Below are positions 20,095 to 29,845 of a DNA stretch of 64,000 nt, one piece after another; within the stretch, counting starts at the first letter, position 1, and every line of letters starts with the position of its first letter. The stretch lies in NCBI GenBank assembly GCA_963845065.1, contig CAWJQQ010000009.1, forward strand, positions 864,001 through 928,000, in the 5' to 3' direction. Below the pieces are notes generated by a model, which was given only the letters and a program-made list of their open reading frames with translations, was not told the DNA's origin and made no database searches. Both the position numbers and the translations under genes were made by a program. This DNA comes from Nitrospirota bacterium. GTDB lineage: Bacteria; Nitrospirota; UBA9217.

Positions 20095-20991
20095 TTACGC
20101 AACTTTCTTTTGCAAGAATGCGGGCACGAACACCTCTTCACAGAACAATTCTATCGATGTTGGCGTCGTATTCTCCTTCGTACGCACAGCCTTAATCTTC
20201 CCATCATTGAAGGCCTGAGCCATTTCAACGTAAGTTCTGCTCATATCGGGCGATAGCCCCATCGCAACCATGGCTTTTTCAGCTTCGTCATAGGGGAACG
20301 TTATGTACGGTAGGCCAGGTAGCGAGATCTTGCTCCCGATGATGCTTGAAGCATCGGTCAAGGAGAGATCTCGCTGGCCAAGGAGATAATGGACTGACGA
20401 ACCGATGAAGTCCCGCTTCGCAAGGCGGTCCGTTGCAAACGCTGCGATGTCCTTCGTTGCGATCATGGAGAGCCTGAGGTCACCCTGAATCGCGCTGCCT
20501 GTGATGCCCTTGGACCTGATCAGATCGATGTTCCCGAGCAGATTCTCCATGAAGTAACCGGCTCGCATATGCACGACATTCAGCCCCTTGATCCTGTTCA
20601 GCCGCTCCTCCATATTATGAAGGCCCGTGATCGGCCCGGTCCCTCCACCTGTAATCTCTGCACCGACGCTCGATAAGTAGACGACGTACTTTACCTTGGC
20701 GATCTCCAGTGCTCGCGCGATGTTTTGGCCGATTGTATCGGCATAGCGAATGAACTCCGGCACCGTCGGGTTCGGCGGTATTAACGTGAAAACAGCATCA
20801 GCGTCCGTGAAGGCCTTTACCAGAAACTCGGTATCATTGGCGTCCCCCGCAAACGCTGTAACATTTTTACCTACGAGCTCCCGGAGACGGCCAGCCGACC
20901 GTGAGATCACGCGGACAGGTTCTTTCTTTTTTGTCAGGAAAGCGGCTATCTTTCCGCCCACATGGCCTGTTACACCCATTATAACAATCAT
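20095..20991 (-). CDS. NmrA-like NAD(P)-binding protein
   Basis: GVTGHVG, LSSVGA, YFMEN, IATKDIA; SD GGAGGT. Confidence 0.88.
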   Translation of the reverse strand: MIVIMGVTGHVGGKIAAFLTKKKEPVRVISRSAGRLRELVGKNVTAFAGDANDTEFLVKAFTDADAVFTLIPPNPTVPEFIRYADTIGQNIARALEIAKVKYVVYLSSVGAEITGGGTGPITGLHNMEERLNRIKGLNVVHMRAGYFMENLLGNIDLIRSKGITGSAIQGDLRLSMIATKDIAAFATDRLAKRDFIGSSVHYLLGQRDLSLTDASSIIGSKISLPGLPYITFPYDEAEKAMVAMGLSPDMSRTYVEMAQAFNDGKIKAVRTKENTTPTSIELFCEEVFVPAFLQKKVA

Positions 20992-21289
20992 ACCAACACC
21001 TCCCATGCCCTCATCATCCACTGTTGATGAGGGGTAATATCATCCTTTTTATATAAAGCGTAGCACCTGAACCAGCGCGCGTCAACCATCGTCATCGCAC
21101 GCATGGAAAGACCAAGTTAAAATATTGATAAAAAAGTCGCACTATAGCCGCACCATGGTCATGATCTTAGTGGTGAGTCAAGTCTTACAAACAGTCCGCC
21201 TTAAATCCTGCAACCTGCTAGGATTATAGGGATTTGCGGTTTATGATATCATGATCTCATCTTATATAGTAAAAGAGGGAGATGCGGTC

Positions 21290-21628
21290 ATGAAACAACC
21301 GGGCGATAAGATACCTGAATATCTGCTTGAAATGCAAGAATCATTGTTGTTGGCCCAGCTTCGCGCTATTCGTCAGCTTCGACCGTCAAAGGCAAAGGAC
21401 CATAAAGCGGCGGAGAATAAAGGTATGTCAAATATGGAGATGGCTATAGACATACTCATACGCGCCCGCCGCCCGCTCCATGTTTCAGAGATCATTTCTA
21501 AGGTTAAAACAGTTCATGGAACAAGCCTTGACCGGGAATCGCTCGTAAGCGCTCTGGCCAAGAAACTCAATAAGCTGCCAGGCCTTTCACGGACCGCGCC
21601 CAACACCTTTGCGATCTACGTCAAATGA
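21290..21628 (+). CDS. Winged-helix DNA-binding protein (HARE-HTH-like)
   Basis: AIDILIRARRPLHVSEII...SLVSAL...RTAPNTF. Confidence 0.65.
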   Translation: MKQPGDKIPEYLLEMQESLLLAQLRAIRQLRPSKAKDHKAAENKGMSNMEMAIDILIRARRPLHVSEIISKVKTVHGTSLDRESLVSALAKKLNKLPGLSRTAPNTFAIYVK

Positions 21629-21994
21629 CGAAAGCCGCCGTTCGTTTCCGCAATAGAGAACGGATTGACTCGGACGAGCTTCTGCCTGGCTCTCGGTGCT
21701 GCGAAAGAAGCTGATGCGGTCAGAGCCTTTGTCGAGATTCCCAGAAAAAAGCCGCGCCATGGCTCTACCCGTACGCTCTCGTCACTTTCCATCGGCATCT
21801 TGCGGTTGTCATTACCCAAATTTGCGTCCCAAGCACGTTCGGAGATCTTTGTCCTTGTTCACTCAATCTTATCCGGCAAGGGCGTCGTCTCGTATTGCAT
21901 GGGGCCGCCATGATTTGGGTGATGAAAGTGCCGGTGGGCAAGGTTACGAATTGTATTGACTATTTATGATCTTTCTTGTAGAAAATAAAGAAAA

Positions 21995-22145
21995 GTCCAG
22001 GTACCGAAATGTATAATAGGGGAATCCCGTGGGAATCGGGAGTGGTCCCGCCACTGTAACCGGCACGAAAGCCAACGAAGCCACTGATATGAATATCGGG
22101 AAGGCTGGCAAGTAGGATGAACCGGGAGCCAGAAGACCTGCCTAG
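21995..22145 (+). ncRNA. Cobalamin riboswitch
   Basis: AATAGGGGAA, cccg-tgggaat-cggg, CCCGCCACTGT, GCCACTG, GGGAAGGC, AGCCAGAAGACC (B12 box). Confidence 0.95.
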
Positions 22146-22282
22146 AAATATGAGTTATCCGTAAGGGGTGATTGGGGAAGAAAGTAAATCCTGCTCACCT
22201 GTGCAACCTTCTCGCGGATAGAAGGGGATGAAGTAAACAGCGTGCAATCCTCAGGGCAATAGCTTTGAGGATTTTTCATTTT

Positions 22283-23836
22283 ATGGATACGATCTTGCCG
22301 TTCCAGCGTTACGATGCACAGACTGCCGGACCGCAGTACCTCGAAGATCTCGCTACGGCGCATTGGTTCTCCGAGGTTCTCTTTACGGCTGTTGAAATGG
22401 ACATCTTTTCCGTCATTGGTACGGAAGGGGCAACCGCTGGAGAACTATCCGCTGCTCTGGAAATCGATCTCCTCGGGATTGGTCGCTTTCTTCACGCTCT
22501 TAGTGCATTGGGCCTGGTAACGAGTGACGAGGAGCGATATTTCAACACGAAACTTTCCAGCGACTATCTTCTGCGCGGCAAGCATCAGTATCAGGGTGAT
22601 TCCATCCTCTGGAGGAAATATCTGCGCCCGGGCTGGGATAGACTGAAAGACTGCCTTAAGGAAGGCGGAAGAGTGGATTACAAAGGGAATGATGTACCTG
22701 CAGAGAGAATTGAACGTATAAAAAAATATATTCGCGCCATGGACGGCATTGCAAAAATGAAGGCGCTTGAAATTATCCGTTTTTTCGAGCCTTGTTCCAT
22801 GAAAGGGGAGATACTTGATGTCGGTGCCGGCTCGGGCGCGATTGCCGCGGCATTTCTTGATCTTTTTCCTAAAACAAACGTTACCATCATCGACCTGCCT
22901 GATGTCCTTGACCAAACTCGGGAGCTATTATCAACGCGGCGGCTTGGGAGCAGGTTGCGGTACTGTCCTGCAAATATCTTGGAACCATGGCCTGTTCAAA
23001 AACAAAACTTTGACTATATTATACTTTCAAACATTCTTCATGCCTATTCCGAGAAAGAATTGTCCCATATCCTTCTCTCATCCGCTAATTGTCTCGGGAA
23101 AAACGCTGTTCTAATGATACATGATTTCTTTCTGGAGCACTGCCCGGGAAAGGCCGCATTGAGCGATCTGAACATGTTCATAAATACATTCAACGGCAAG
23201 GTTTTTTCAAGCAAGGCCGTTCAAGTACAATTGCTGCAGCTGGGACTTTCCTGCACGGATCTTGTTCCGCTGCAGACAGATACCGCCATCCTCTTCGCCT
23301 CAAAAGACAAGGCAGCCATCCACTCTCTTCATCTCGACCCTACGGACCGTCTGGCTTCAAAGATTCGAGCTCAAGGCTTTAAAAAAGTGTATCGTATAAA
23401 GACAGAGGACATTCATATCCCTGCTTGGACGGATCTCCGGTGCCGGTTCGGATGCGACAGATACGGCGGTCGCCACTGTCCCCCCAACAGTCCTTCGGCT
23501 GAAAAGACGAGGGAAATCGTGAAAGACTTCAAGCATGCTTTACTTCTGGAAGGTGAGCCGCCAACGAAGTCTTTTCAATTGCAAGTTCTGCAGGCTGAGC
23601 ACGCCGCCTTCAGAGAGGGTTTCTATAAAGCCTTTTCCTATTGGGCGGGCCCGTGCTCTCTCTGTGATTCTTGCGCTGAAAAGGGACCATGCATCAACAC
23701 AAAGAACGCAAGGCCTTCCATGGAAGGAGCGGGTATCGACGTATTTGAGACCGCGCGGCGCGCGGGTGCGTCCCTGAGAACCCTGAAGAATAAAGACCAA
23801 TTTGTGAAATACTTTGCATTGATGCTTCTGGAGTGA
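22283..23836 (+). CDS. bzaC: O-methyltransferase + DUF2284 fusion (BzaC-like)
   Basis: Dimerisation domain, LDVGAGSG, SNILH; C-terminal CRFGC..YG..CPP, GPCSLC, RPSMEGAGIDV; riboswitch and bza context. Confidence 0.85.
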   Translation: MDTILPFQRYDAQTAGPQYLEDLATAHWFSEVLFTAVEMDIFSVIGTEGATAGELSAALEIDLLGIGRFLHALSALGLVTSDEERYFNTKLSSDYLLRGKHQYQGDSILWRKYLRPGWDRLKDCLKEGGRVDYKGNDVPAERIERIKKYIRAMDGIAKMKALEIIRFFEPCSMKGEILDVGAGSGAIAAAFLDLFPKTNVTIIDLPDVLDQTRELLSTRRLGSRLRYCPANILEPWPVQKQNFDYIILSNILHAYSEKELSHILLSSANCLGKNAVLMIHDFFLEHCPGKAALSDLNMFINTFNGKVFSSKAVQVQLLQLGLSCTDLVPLQTDTAILFASKDKAAIHSLHLDPTDRLASKIRAQGFKKVYRIKTEDIHIPAWTDLRCRFGCDRYGGRHCPPNSPSAEKTREIVKDFKHALLLEGEPPTKSFQLQVLQAEHAAFREGFYKAFSYWAGPCSLCDSCAEKGPCINTKNARPSMEGAGIDVFETARRAGASLRTLKNKDQFVKYFALMLLE

Positions 23837-23841
23837 TCTAG

Positions 23842-25173
23842 ATGCGGATCCTTTTCATACAGACGCTTTCTGTCGAGGGGGTATCGCAAGAGAGAGTATA
23901 CCCCCTTGGGATTGTAACCCTGGCAGGTTGCCTTCAGGAACGCGGCTACGAGATCAGCATTGTCGATATGAACTTCGAGCATGACCCCTTCGGAGCGGTG
24001 AAGTTGAGGCTCCTCAGTTTTAAACCAGATGTAGTGGGTCTATCGCTACGAAACATCGATCCGCTTGCAAATAAGACCAGTTCGCTCATTCCTCCATTCC
24101 TTGTTACGGTACGGCTTGTAGCCTCCGTCATGCCGAAAGCATGGATAATCGCTGGCGGCGCAGGGTTTTCCCTGTTTCCGTGCCGGTTGATGCACGAGGC
24201 GCCGGAAATTCATTACGGCATTGTCGGAGAAGCAGAAACTTCCTTACCGCTCCTTCTTGCATCTCTCGAAAATCCTCCTCTCATCAAGGGGCTGTGCAGG
24301 CGGGAGGGGGGCGGAACAATTACCGGGTCTTCCTCCCGATGCCTGGATATGGCTCATTACGTGCGGCCGACCATGAGTCTGCTGGATCCGTCTCTCTATT
24401 CCGGCATCAATTCCTATGTGCCAGCTATCGGGATCGAAACAAAGCGTGGCTGTCCTTTTCACTGCGCCTACTGTGTATATCCCAGATTGCAAGGGAGCAA
24501 ACTGCGGTATCGGTCGCCGCGAGATGTGGTGGATGAAATGGAGTCGCTGAACAAGGAATACGGCATAAAGCGTTTTCATTTTACTGATCCCATCATAAAT
24601 TATCCCGGTGACCATCTAGGGGATATCTGCCATGAGATCATCAGAAGAAAACTGAAACTCAAATGGGACGGCTTCATGAGGGAAGATTATTTTAACGAAA
24701 GGAATGCGGCCCTTTTCGAGAAGGCAGGATGTGAGTGTTTTTCTTTTTCTCCGGATGGCCTCTGCCAGGAAGCCCTTGACATGCTCGACAAAAGAATGAG
24801 CGTTAAGGATATTCTGCGGGCTGCCAGGCTTGCCGCAAGAACTGACGTCGTCAGCGTTTACCATTTCATGGTAAATATCCCTGGCGAGACGGAAAAAACC
24901 TGCGAAAAGGGGCTTCGCTTTCTGGAACTGATTTACAATCAGCACAGCAGAAAGAGAAACCTTGGAACCGTTGTGCTGAATAATATCCGAATTTTACCAG
25001 GAACGCCGGTGGAAGCGATGGCCAGAGCTAAAGGCGTCATCAGACCGGATACGGACCTTCTGTATCCGACCTACTATAACCCGAGACCGTTCGAGACCTT
25101 CAGGTACCGGCTGGAAGCTCTGCATCTATCCCGAAATATATTCATGTGGCAGAAAGAAGGATCAGCCAAATGA
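23842..25173 (+). CDS. bzaD: B12-binding radical SAM protein (BzaD-like)
   Basis: YPLG, GLSLRNID, RGCPFHCAYC; follows bzaC. Confidence 0.78.
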   Translation: MRILFIQTLSVEGVSQERVYPLGIVTLAGCLQERGYEISIVDMNFEHDPFGAVKLRLLSFKPDVVGLSLRNIDPLANKTSSLIPPFLVTVRLVASVMPKAWIIAGGAGFSLFPCRLMHEAPEIHYGIVGEAETSLPLLLASLENPPLIKGLCRREGGGTITGSSSRCLDMAHYVRPTMSLLDPSLYSGINSYVPAIGIETKRGCPFHCAYCVYPRLQGSKLRYRSPRDVVDEMESLNKEYGIKRFHFTDPIINYPGDHLGDICHEIIRRKLKLKWDGFMREDYFNERNAALFEKAGCECFSFSPDGLCQEALDMLDKRMSVKDILRAARLAARTDVVSVYHFMVNIPGETEKTCEKGLRFLELIYNQHSRKRNLGTVVLNNIRILPGTPVEAMARAKGVIRPDTDLLYPTYYNPRPFETFRYRLEALHLSRNIFMWQKEGSAK

Positions 25174-26696
25174 AAATCTTGCTGCTGGAGCATCCACGGA
25201 GCGTTTTTCCTGACCGGTGCAATGATATTGCCAACACCCCCCTTTCATCATGCCTTCTAAGCGGATATGCCGCAGGCATGCTCGCAAGAAAAGGGCATGA
25301 TGTCGAGATCGTGGAAGGCTATCTTAACAAGCTTTCGTACGAAGCTATCTTGAACATCGTAGACGCCATGAAACCGGACATTCTAGCAGTTCACCTCGTC
25401 TATCATTGGCAGAAGGACAATGCCCTCTTCAATTTTCTTGATACGATAAAGAGAGGGGGACAGGTGTCTTCTGTGACTGCATTCGGTTTTTATGCCACAA
25501 TCTCCTATGCAAATATCTTAAAAGACTATCATACCGTGGATTCAATCATTGTCGGAGAGCCAGAAAGGCCTTTTGCGGATCTTGCTGATGCGGCCGCGTT
25601 TAATAATTACACTCCTTGCATCCCGGGCCTGGCGATACGCGACGGGTTCGGCGGTATCAGGCTTCAAGCTCCAGATCCAATCGCAGACCTCAACAGTCTC
25701 CCGTTTCCCGTTCGAACCTCGGCAATGAACCGGCTTTCCGAGGTAAACTTACTTGGCAGCCGTGGATGCTACGGCAAGTGCACGTTCTGCTATATTAATT
25801 CTTTTTATGGGTTCGGAAACCCCTGGCGCGGGAGAAGTCCTGAGAACATTGCCGACGAAATTGACTCGATCATTGATGTACAAGGTCTGAGGGATTTCTA
25901 CTTTACCGATCCCAACTTTTTCGGTCCTGGACAAATGGGGCAGGACAGGGCCCTGCGCATTGCCTGCCTCCTCAAGCCCAAAAACATCCGGTTCGGCATA
26001 GAGGGAAGGGTCAATGATATCCGCGATGAGACGATCGACGCACTGGTGGATGCCGGTCTTCATCACATTCTCGTGGGGCTCGAAAGCGGAAAAGACGAGT
26101 CACTTAAACGAATGAATAAAATGACGACCGTGGCCCAGAATGAGAATGCACTCGCGATTCTTCGAAAGCACGGCGTGGAGCCGAATGTGGGATTCATCAT
26201 GTTCGAACCGGATTCCTCTCCTGACGATCTCCGAATCAATCTAGAGTTTTTGAAGAGAAACAATTTGCTAAAAAATCTTGCAATTACCGCGAACGTGCTC
26301 TACCATCACCAGATCGTTCTGGAGGGAACGCAGGCATATAATGATCTCAAAAAAGATAACCGGCTCGCTCTCGGGCCCACTTCATATGAGGGGACCACTT
26401 ATTTTAAGAACCCTGAAGTTGCAGTCCTAGCCGATATCATGAGGAAAACGACAAATATCCTTTTCAAAAGAATGGACGGCATATGGAGCGGTAACGTTAT
26501 CTATCCTCCGAGTATGCAGGAAAGGTATGATCAGGTGAATCATTTACTCGTGAAATTATTTGAAGACAACCTTGCATTTTTAGAAACGGGAGTGCGGTTG
26601 AACAAAGACCGGGCAGTATCCTTGATTTGTGAAATAGAAAAAGAGATAGATAAAATCTTATTGAATCTCGGTTCGGTGTCTGATGAGAGTAATTGA
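25170..26696 (+). CDS. bzaE: B12-binding radical SAM protein (BzaE-like)
   Basis: SRGCYGKCTFC, FTDPNF, VGLESG; ATGA overlap with the previous gene. Confidence 0.75.
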   Translation: MKILLLEHPRSVFPDRCNDIANTPLSSCLLSGYAAGMLARKGHDVEIVEGYLNKLSYEAILNIVDAMKPDILAVHLVYHWQKDNALFNFLDTIKRGGQVSSVTAFGFYATISYANILKDYHTVDSIIVGEPERPFADLADAAAFNNYTPCIPGLAIRDGFGGIRLQAPDPIADLNSLPFPVRTSAMNRLSEVNLLGSRGCYGKCTFCYINSFYGFGNPWRGRSPENIADEIDSIIDVQGLRDFYFTDPNFFGPGQMGQDRALRIACLLKPKNIRFGIEGRVNDIRDETIDALVDAGLHHILVGLESGKDESLKRMNKMTTVAQNENALAILRKHGVEPNVGFIMFEPDSSPDDLRINLEFLKRNNLLKNLAITANVLYHHQIVLEGTQAYNDLKKDNRLALGPTSYEGTTYFKNPEVAVLADIMRKTTNILFKRMDGIWSGNVIYPPSMQERYDQVNHLLVKLFEDNLAFLETGVRLNKDRAVSLICEIEKEIDKILLNLGSVSDESN

Positions 26697-26699
26697 AGT

Positions 26700-26864
26700 G
26701 TCCGAATGAGAAAACGGAAAGGGGTGCAATTCCCCTGCTGTCGCGCAACTGTGATGGAAACGAAAGCCGTGTAAGCCACTGGATATAAGCCGTTTTATCG
26801 CACTAGACGGTGATTCCGGGAAGGCCGGCGAGTAGATCGTCCTAAGCCAGGAGACGTCTCATTT
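26700..26864 (+). ncRNA. Cobalamin riboswitch
   Basis: ACGGAA, agggg-tgcaatt-cccct, GCAACTGT, GCCACTG, GGGAAGGC, AGCCAGGAGAC; closing helix aatgaga/tctcatt. Confidence 0.92.
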
Positions 26865-27037
26865 AATATCCGCGTGGAAGGAGATAACAAATGTCATTCA
26901 TAAGATTTTTCGGAACACCATAGGTTTCGTAAAGCTGTTGCGTCAGGGGATAAGGAAGAGGCGTCGATTTAATCGATGATTGCTCGATTGCTGGACGGGT
27001 TACCCAACCAATTTTTGTCTTCAAAAGGAGCTGATTC

Positions 27038-28354
27038 GTGACAACACAAACACAAATAGAGCATGCCCGCAGAGGGTTTGTTACACCGCAGATGGAGACA
27101 GTCGCAGCTGCTGAGGATGTCTCAATTGATTATGTCAGAACAATGGTGGCAGAGGGGAAGATCGTTATCCCCTGGAACAATATCAAACAACCGAAGGCTG
27201 TCGGCATTGGTAAAGGGCTTCGGACGAAGGTTAATGCATCGATCGGGACCTCATCGGATATCATCGATTATGCCGCGGAGATCAAGAAAGCGAGAACCGC
27301 CGAAACAGCGGGCGCAGACACACTTATGGAACTTTCTGTGGGTGGCGACCTGGACCGCGTGCGGCGAGAGGTAATTGCCTCGGTGGACATTCCTGTCGGC
27401 AATGTACCCTTGTACCAGGCTTTTTGCGAGGCCGGGAGGAAGTACGGCAATCCAAATAAACTTGATGAAGAGATGCTGTTCGACCTGATCGAACAGCAGT
27501 GTCAGGACGGGATTGCCTTTATGGCGATCCACTGCGGAATTAACCTCTATACCATTGAGCGACTGAGAAAGCAAGGCTATCGATATGGCGGACTGGTGAG
27601 CAAGGGCGGGGTCAGTATGGTTGCCTGGATGATCGCAAATAACCGAGAAAACCCGCTTTATGAAAAGTTTGACCGAGTGATATCCATCTTGAAAAAATAT
27701 GATGTAGTCCTTTCACTCGGAAATGGTCTCAGGGCAGGGGCTATCCATGATTCTTCCGACAGGGCGCAAATACAGGAGTTGGTCATCAACTGTGAGTTGT
27801 CGGAAATTGGCCGAGAAATGGGTTGCCAGATGCTCGTCGAGGGGCCAGGGCACGTACCACTCGACGAGATCGAGGGGAATATTCAACTGCAAAAAAGAAT
27901 GAGCGGAGGGGCTCCATATTATATGCTTGGTCCCATATCCACTGACGTGGCGCCAGGTTTTGACCATATCACTGCAGCCATCGGTGCGGCGCAGTCCAGC
28001 CGATATGGTGCGGACCTTATTTGTTACATTACCCCTGCCGAGCATCTTGCGTTACCGAATGAGGACGACGTGCGCCAGGGAGTGCAGGCGGCCAAGATAG
28101 CAGCATATATTGGTGATATGAACAAATATCCGGAGAAGGGAAGACAGCGCGACATGGAGATGAGCAAAGCGCGCCGGGACCTCAATTGGGAAAAACAATT
28201 CAAACTCGCGCTCTATCCTGAGGAAGCGATGGCAATTCGTAAAAGCCGCATGCCAGAGCAGCAAGATTCATGTACGATGTGCGGGAGTTTTTGCGCAGCG
28301 AAGGGTGCGGCAAAACTATTTACGAACTACTTACAATTGAATGAAAAATTGTAA
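27038..28354 (+). CDS. bzaF: 5-hydroxybenzimidazole synthase (ThiC paralog)
   Basis: ThiC fold (TKVNASIGTS, EGPGH, TPAEHL, CTMCGSFC) with SKGG in place of ThiC SRGG; cobalamin rather than TPP riboswitch. Confidence 0.88.
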   Translation: MTTQTQIEHARRGFVTPQMETVAAAEDVSIDYVRTMVAEGKIVIPWNNIKQPKAVGIGKGLRTKVNASIGTSSDIIDYAAEIKKARTAETAGADTLMELSVGGDLDRVRREVIASVDIPVGNVPLYQAFCEAGRKYGNPNKLDEEMLFDLIEQQCQDGIAFMAIHCGINLYTIERLRKQGYRYGGLVSKGGVSMVAWMIANNRENPLYEKFDRVISILKKYDVVLSLGNGLRAGAIHDSSDRAQIQELVINCELSEIGREMGCQMLVEGPGHVPLDEIEGNIQLQKRMSGGAPYYMLGPISTDVAPGFDHITAAIGAAQSSRYGADLICYITPAEHLALPNEDDVRQGVQAAKIAAYIGDMNKYPEKGRQRDMEMSKARRDLNWEKQFKLALYPEEAMAIRKSRMPEQQDSCTMCGSFCAAKGAAKLFTNYLQLNEKL

Positions 28355-28368
28355 TGTGATGAACGCAC

Positions 28369-28393
28369 CACCCCATCCTGTGAGGATGGGGTG
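28369..28393 (+). terminator. Stem-loop after bzaF
   Basis: caccccatcc-tgtga-ggatggggtg, 10-bp stem, no U tract. Confidence 0.45.
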
Positions 28394-28710
28394 GGCGGTT
28401 GCTGTCTGGCAGGGCGGTCGGTACATGGAGCTGTTAATTTTTTAATTGAGTATCATGCTGCTCATTTCAAAAAACAGCGTCGTTATTTATTGGAGCTTAA
28501 AAAAACCGCTATAATTATAAAAAGCATAAAAAAAGGAGTAAACCGAAAGTACGCATCAGTTAAAGTATTTTGTGAAATTGAAGCTTGACAATGAGCTTGT
28601 TGTTTAAGATATCCATTGATATAGCCTTCTGTGGGTGTGCTGCCTTATGTCGCTTTTGAGTTATCAGTTGAAAAGCATGCAAAAAAAATTATGTAGGTAA
28701 GGAGGTCACC

Positions 28711-29493
28711 ATGCACTATGCCATCCCCGTCCTTTTTATGCTCATGTTTGCCGTGAAAGCGAATGCCGCTGTCCGTACGGAACTTATCGAATATAAACAG
28801 GGAGAAGTTACCCTCGAAGGATATTTGGCTTACGACGACACGATCAAAGGAAACCGTCCCGGCGTGCTCGTGGTCCACGAGTGGTGGGGCATAAACGATT
28901 ATATTAAAAGGCGGACTGAACAGATAGCTCAGCTCGGCTACATAGCATTTGCGGCCGATATCTACGGCAAGGGCAATCGGGCGAAAACGCCACAAGAAGC
29001 CATGGCCCTTGCAGGGAAGTTCCGCAGCGGGAACGACAGAAATCTGCTTCGAGCTCGCGTAAATGCAGGGCTTGACGTACTGAAAAAAAAATCCCTGGTT
29101 GATCCTAAGCGCATTGCCGCCATCGGGTATTGCTTCGGCGGTACGACGGTACTGGAGCTAGCCAGGAGCGGTGCAGACATTGCGGGGGTCGTTAGTTTTC
29201 ATGGTGGGCTTGAGACGCCAAACCCTGATGATGCAAAGAATATCAGAGCCAAAGTAGTTGTGCTCACCGGTGCCGACGACCCTGCGGTAAAACCTGAGCA
29301 CGTGGTCGCCTTTGAGGACGAGATGGACAAGGCTGGCGTAGACTGGTATATGGTCAGTTACGGTCATTCAGTGCATGGTTTCACCAATCCTGAGAACGGA
29401 ACCGATAATACCAAAGGAGTTGCCTACAATGAAAAAGCTGATAAACGGTCATGGCAGGCCATGAGGAATTTTTTCGAGGAGATATTCAAATAG
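28711..29493 (+). CDS. Dienelactone hydrolase family protein with signal peptide
   Basis: HEWWG, GYCFGG, SFHG, HGF. Confidence 0.93.
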   Translation: MHYAIPVLFMLMFAVKANAAVRTELIEYKQGEVTLEGYLAYDDTIKGNRPGVLVVHEWWGINDYIKRRTEQIAQLGYIAFAADIYGKGNRAKTPQEAMALAGKFRSGNDRNLLRARVNAGLDVLKKKSLVDPKRIAAIGYCFGGTTVLELARSGADIAGVVSFHGGLETPNPDDAKNIRAKVVVLTGADDPAVKPEHVVAFEDEMDKAGVDWYMVSYGHSVHGFTNPENGTDNTKGVAYNEKADKRSWQAMRNFFEEIFK

Positions 29494-29697
29494 CGAAGCA
29501 GTACTGTTCTGCTGCAGTAGATAGTCTAGTTGAATAAAAGACTATTGTTTTAGGAATGGTGCTACCGGTGGTCAGGCACAGACCCACCCTATGCTGGTTT
29601 CTACCTACTAATCTATTTTTGATTGCCTGAGCAGACACACGCTCATAGATTCACCCTCCATAGTTCTTTTTAGGTTCTTCATCTTTTTCTATTTTAT

Positions 29698-29814
29698 CAT
29701 CCAATCTAGAAAACCCAGTTTCCAATACTGGGTATGAAGACAGCCAGGATGAACTAGAGGCTGGATCGATTGTGTTTGAACTGAAAACCACGGGCTTTGG
29801 ACGTGAGTAGTTCA
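29698..29814 (+). mobile_element. Palindromic MITE family C (IS200/IS605-derived)
   Basis: TTTAT upstream; left hairpin acccagt/actgggt followed by atgaa; right hairpin cacg...cgtg; ends TTCA. Confidence 0.6.
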
Positions 29815-29845
29815 TTTTGGAACTGAGACGAGTCTGGATTTACAA

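Noticed and set aside
21625..21960. Possible decayed gene after the HTH gene
   Set aside because: Fragmented frames; no family can be supported by eye
26891..26923. SD plus 10-codon ORF MSFIRFFGTP after the second riboswitch
   Set aside because: Too short to tell a leader peptide or remnant from chance
27038..28354. ThiC paralog as thiamine synthase thiC
   Set aside because: Cobalamin riboswitch, SKGG motif and bzaCDE context favour bzaF
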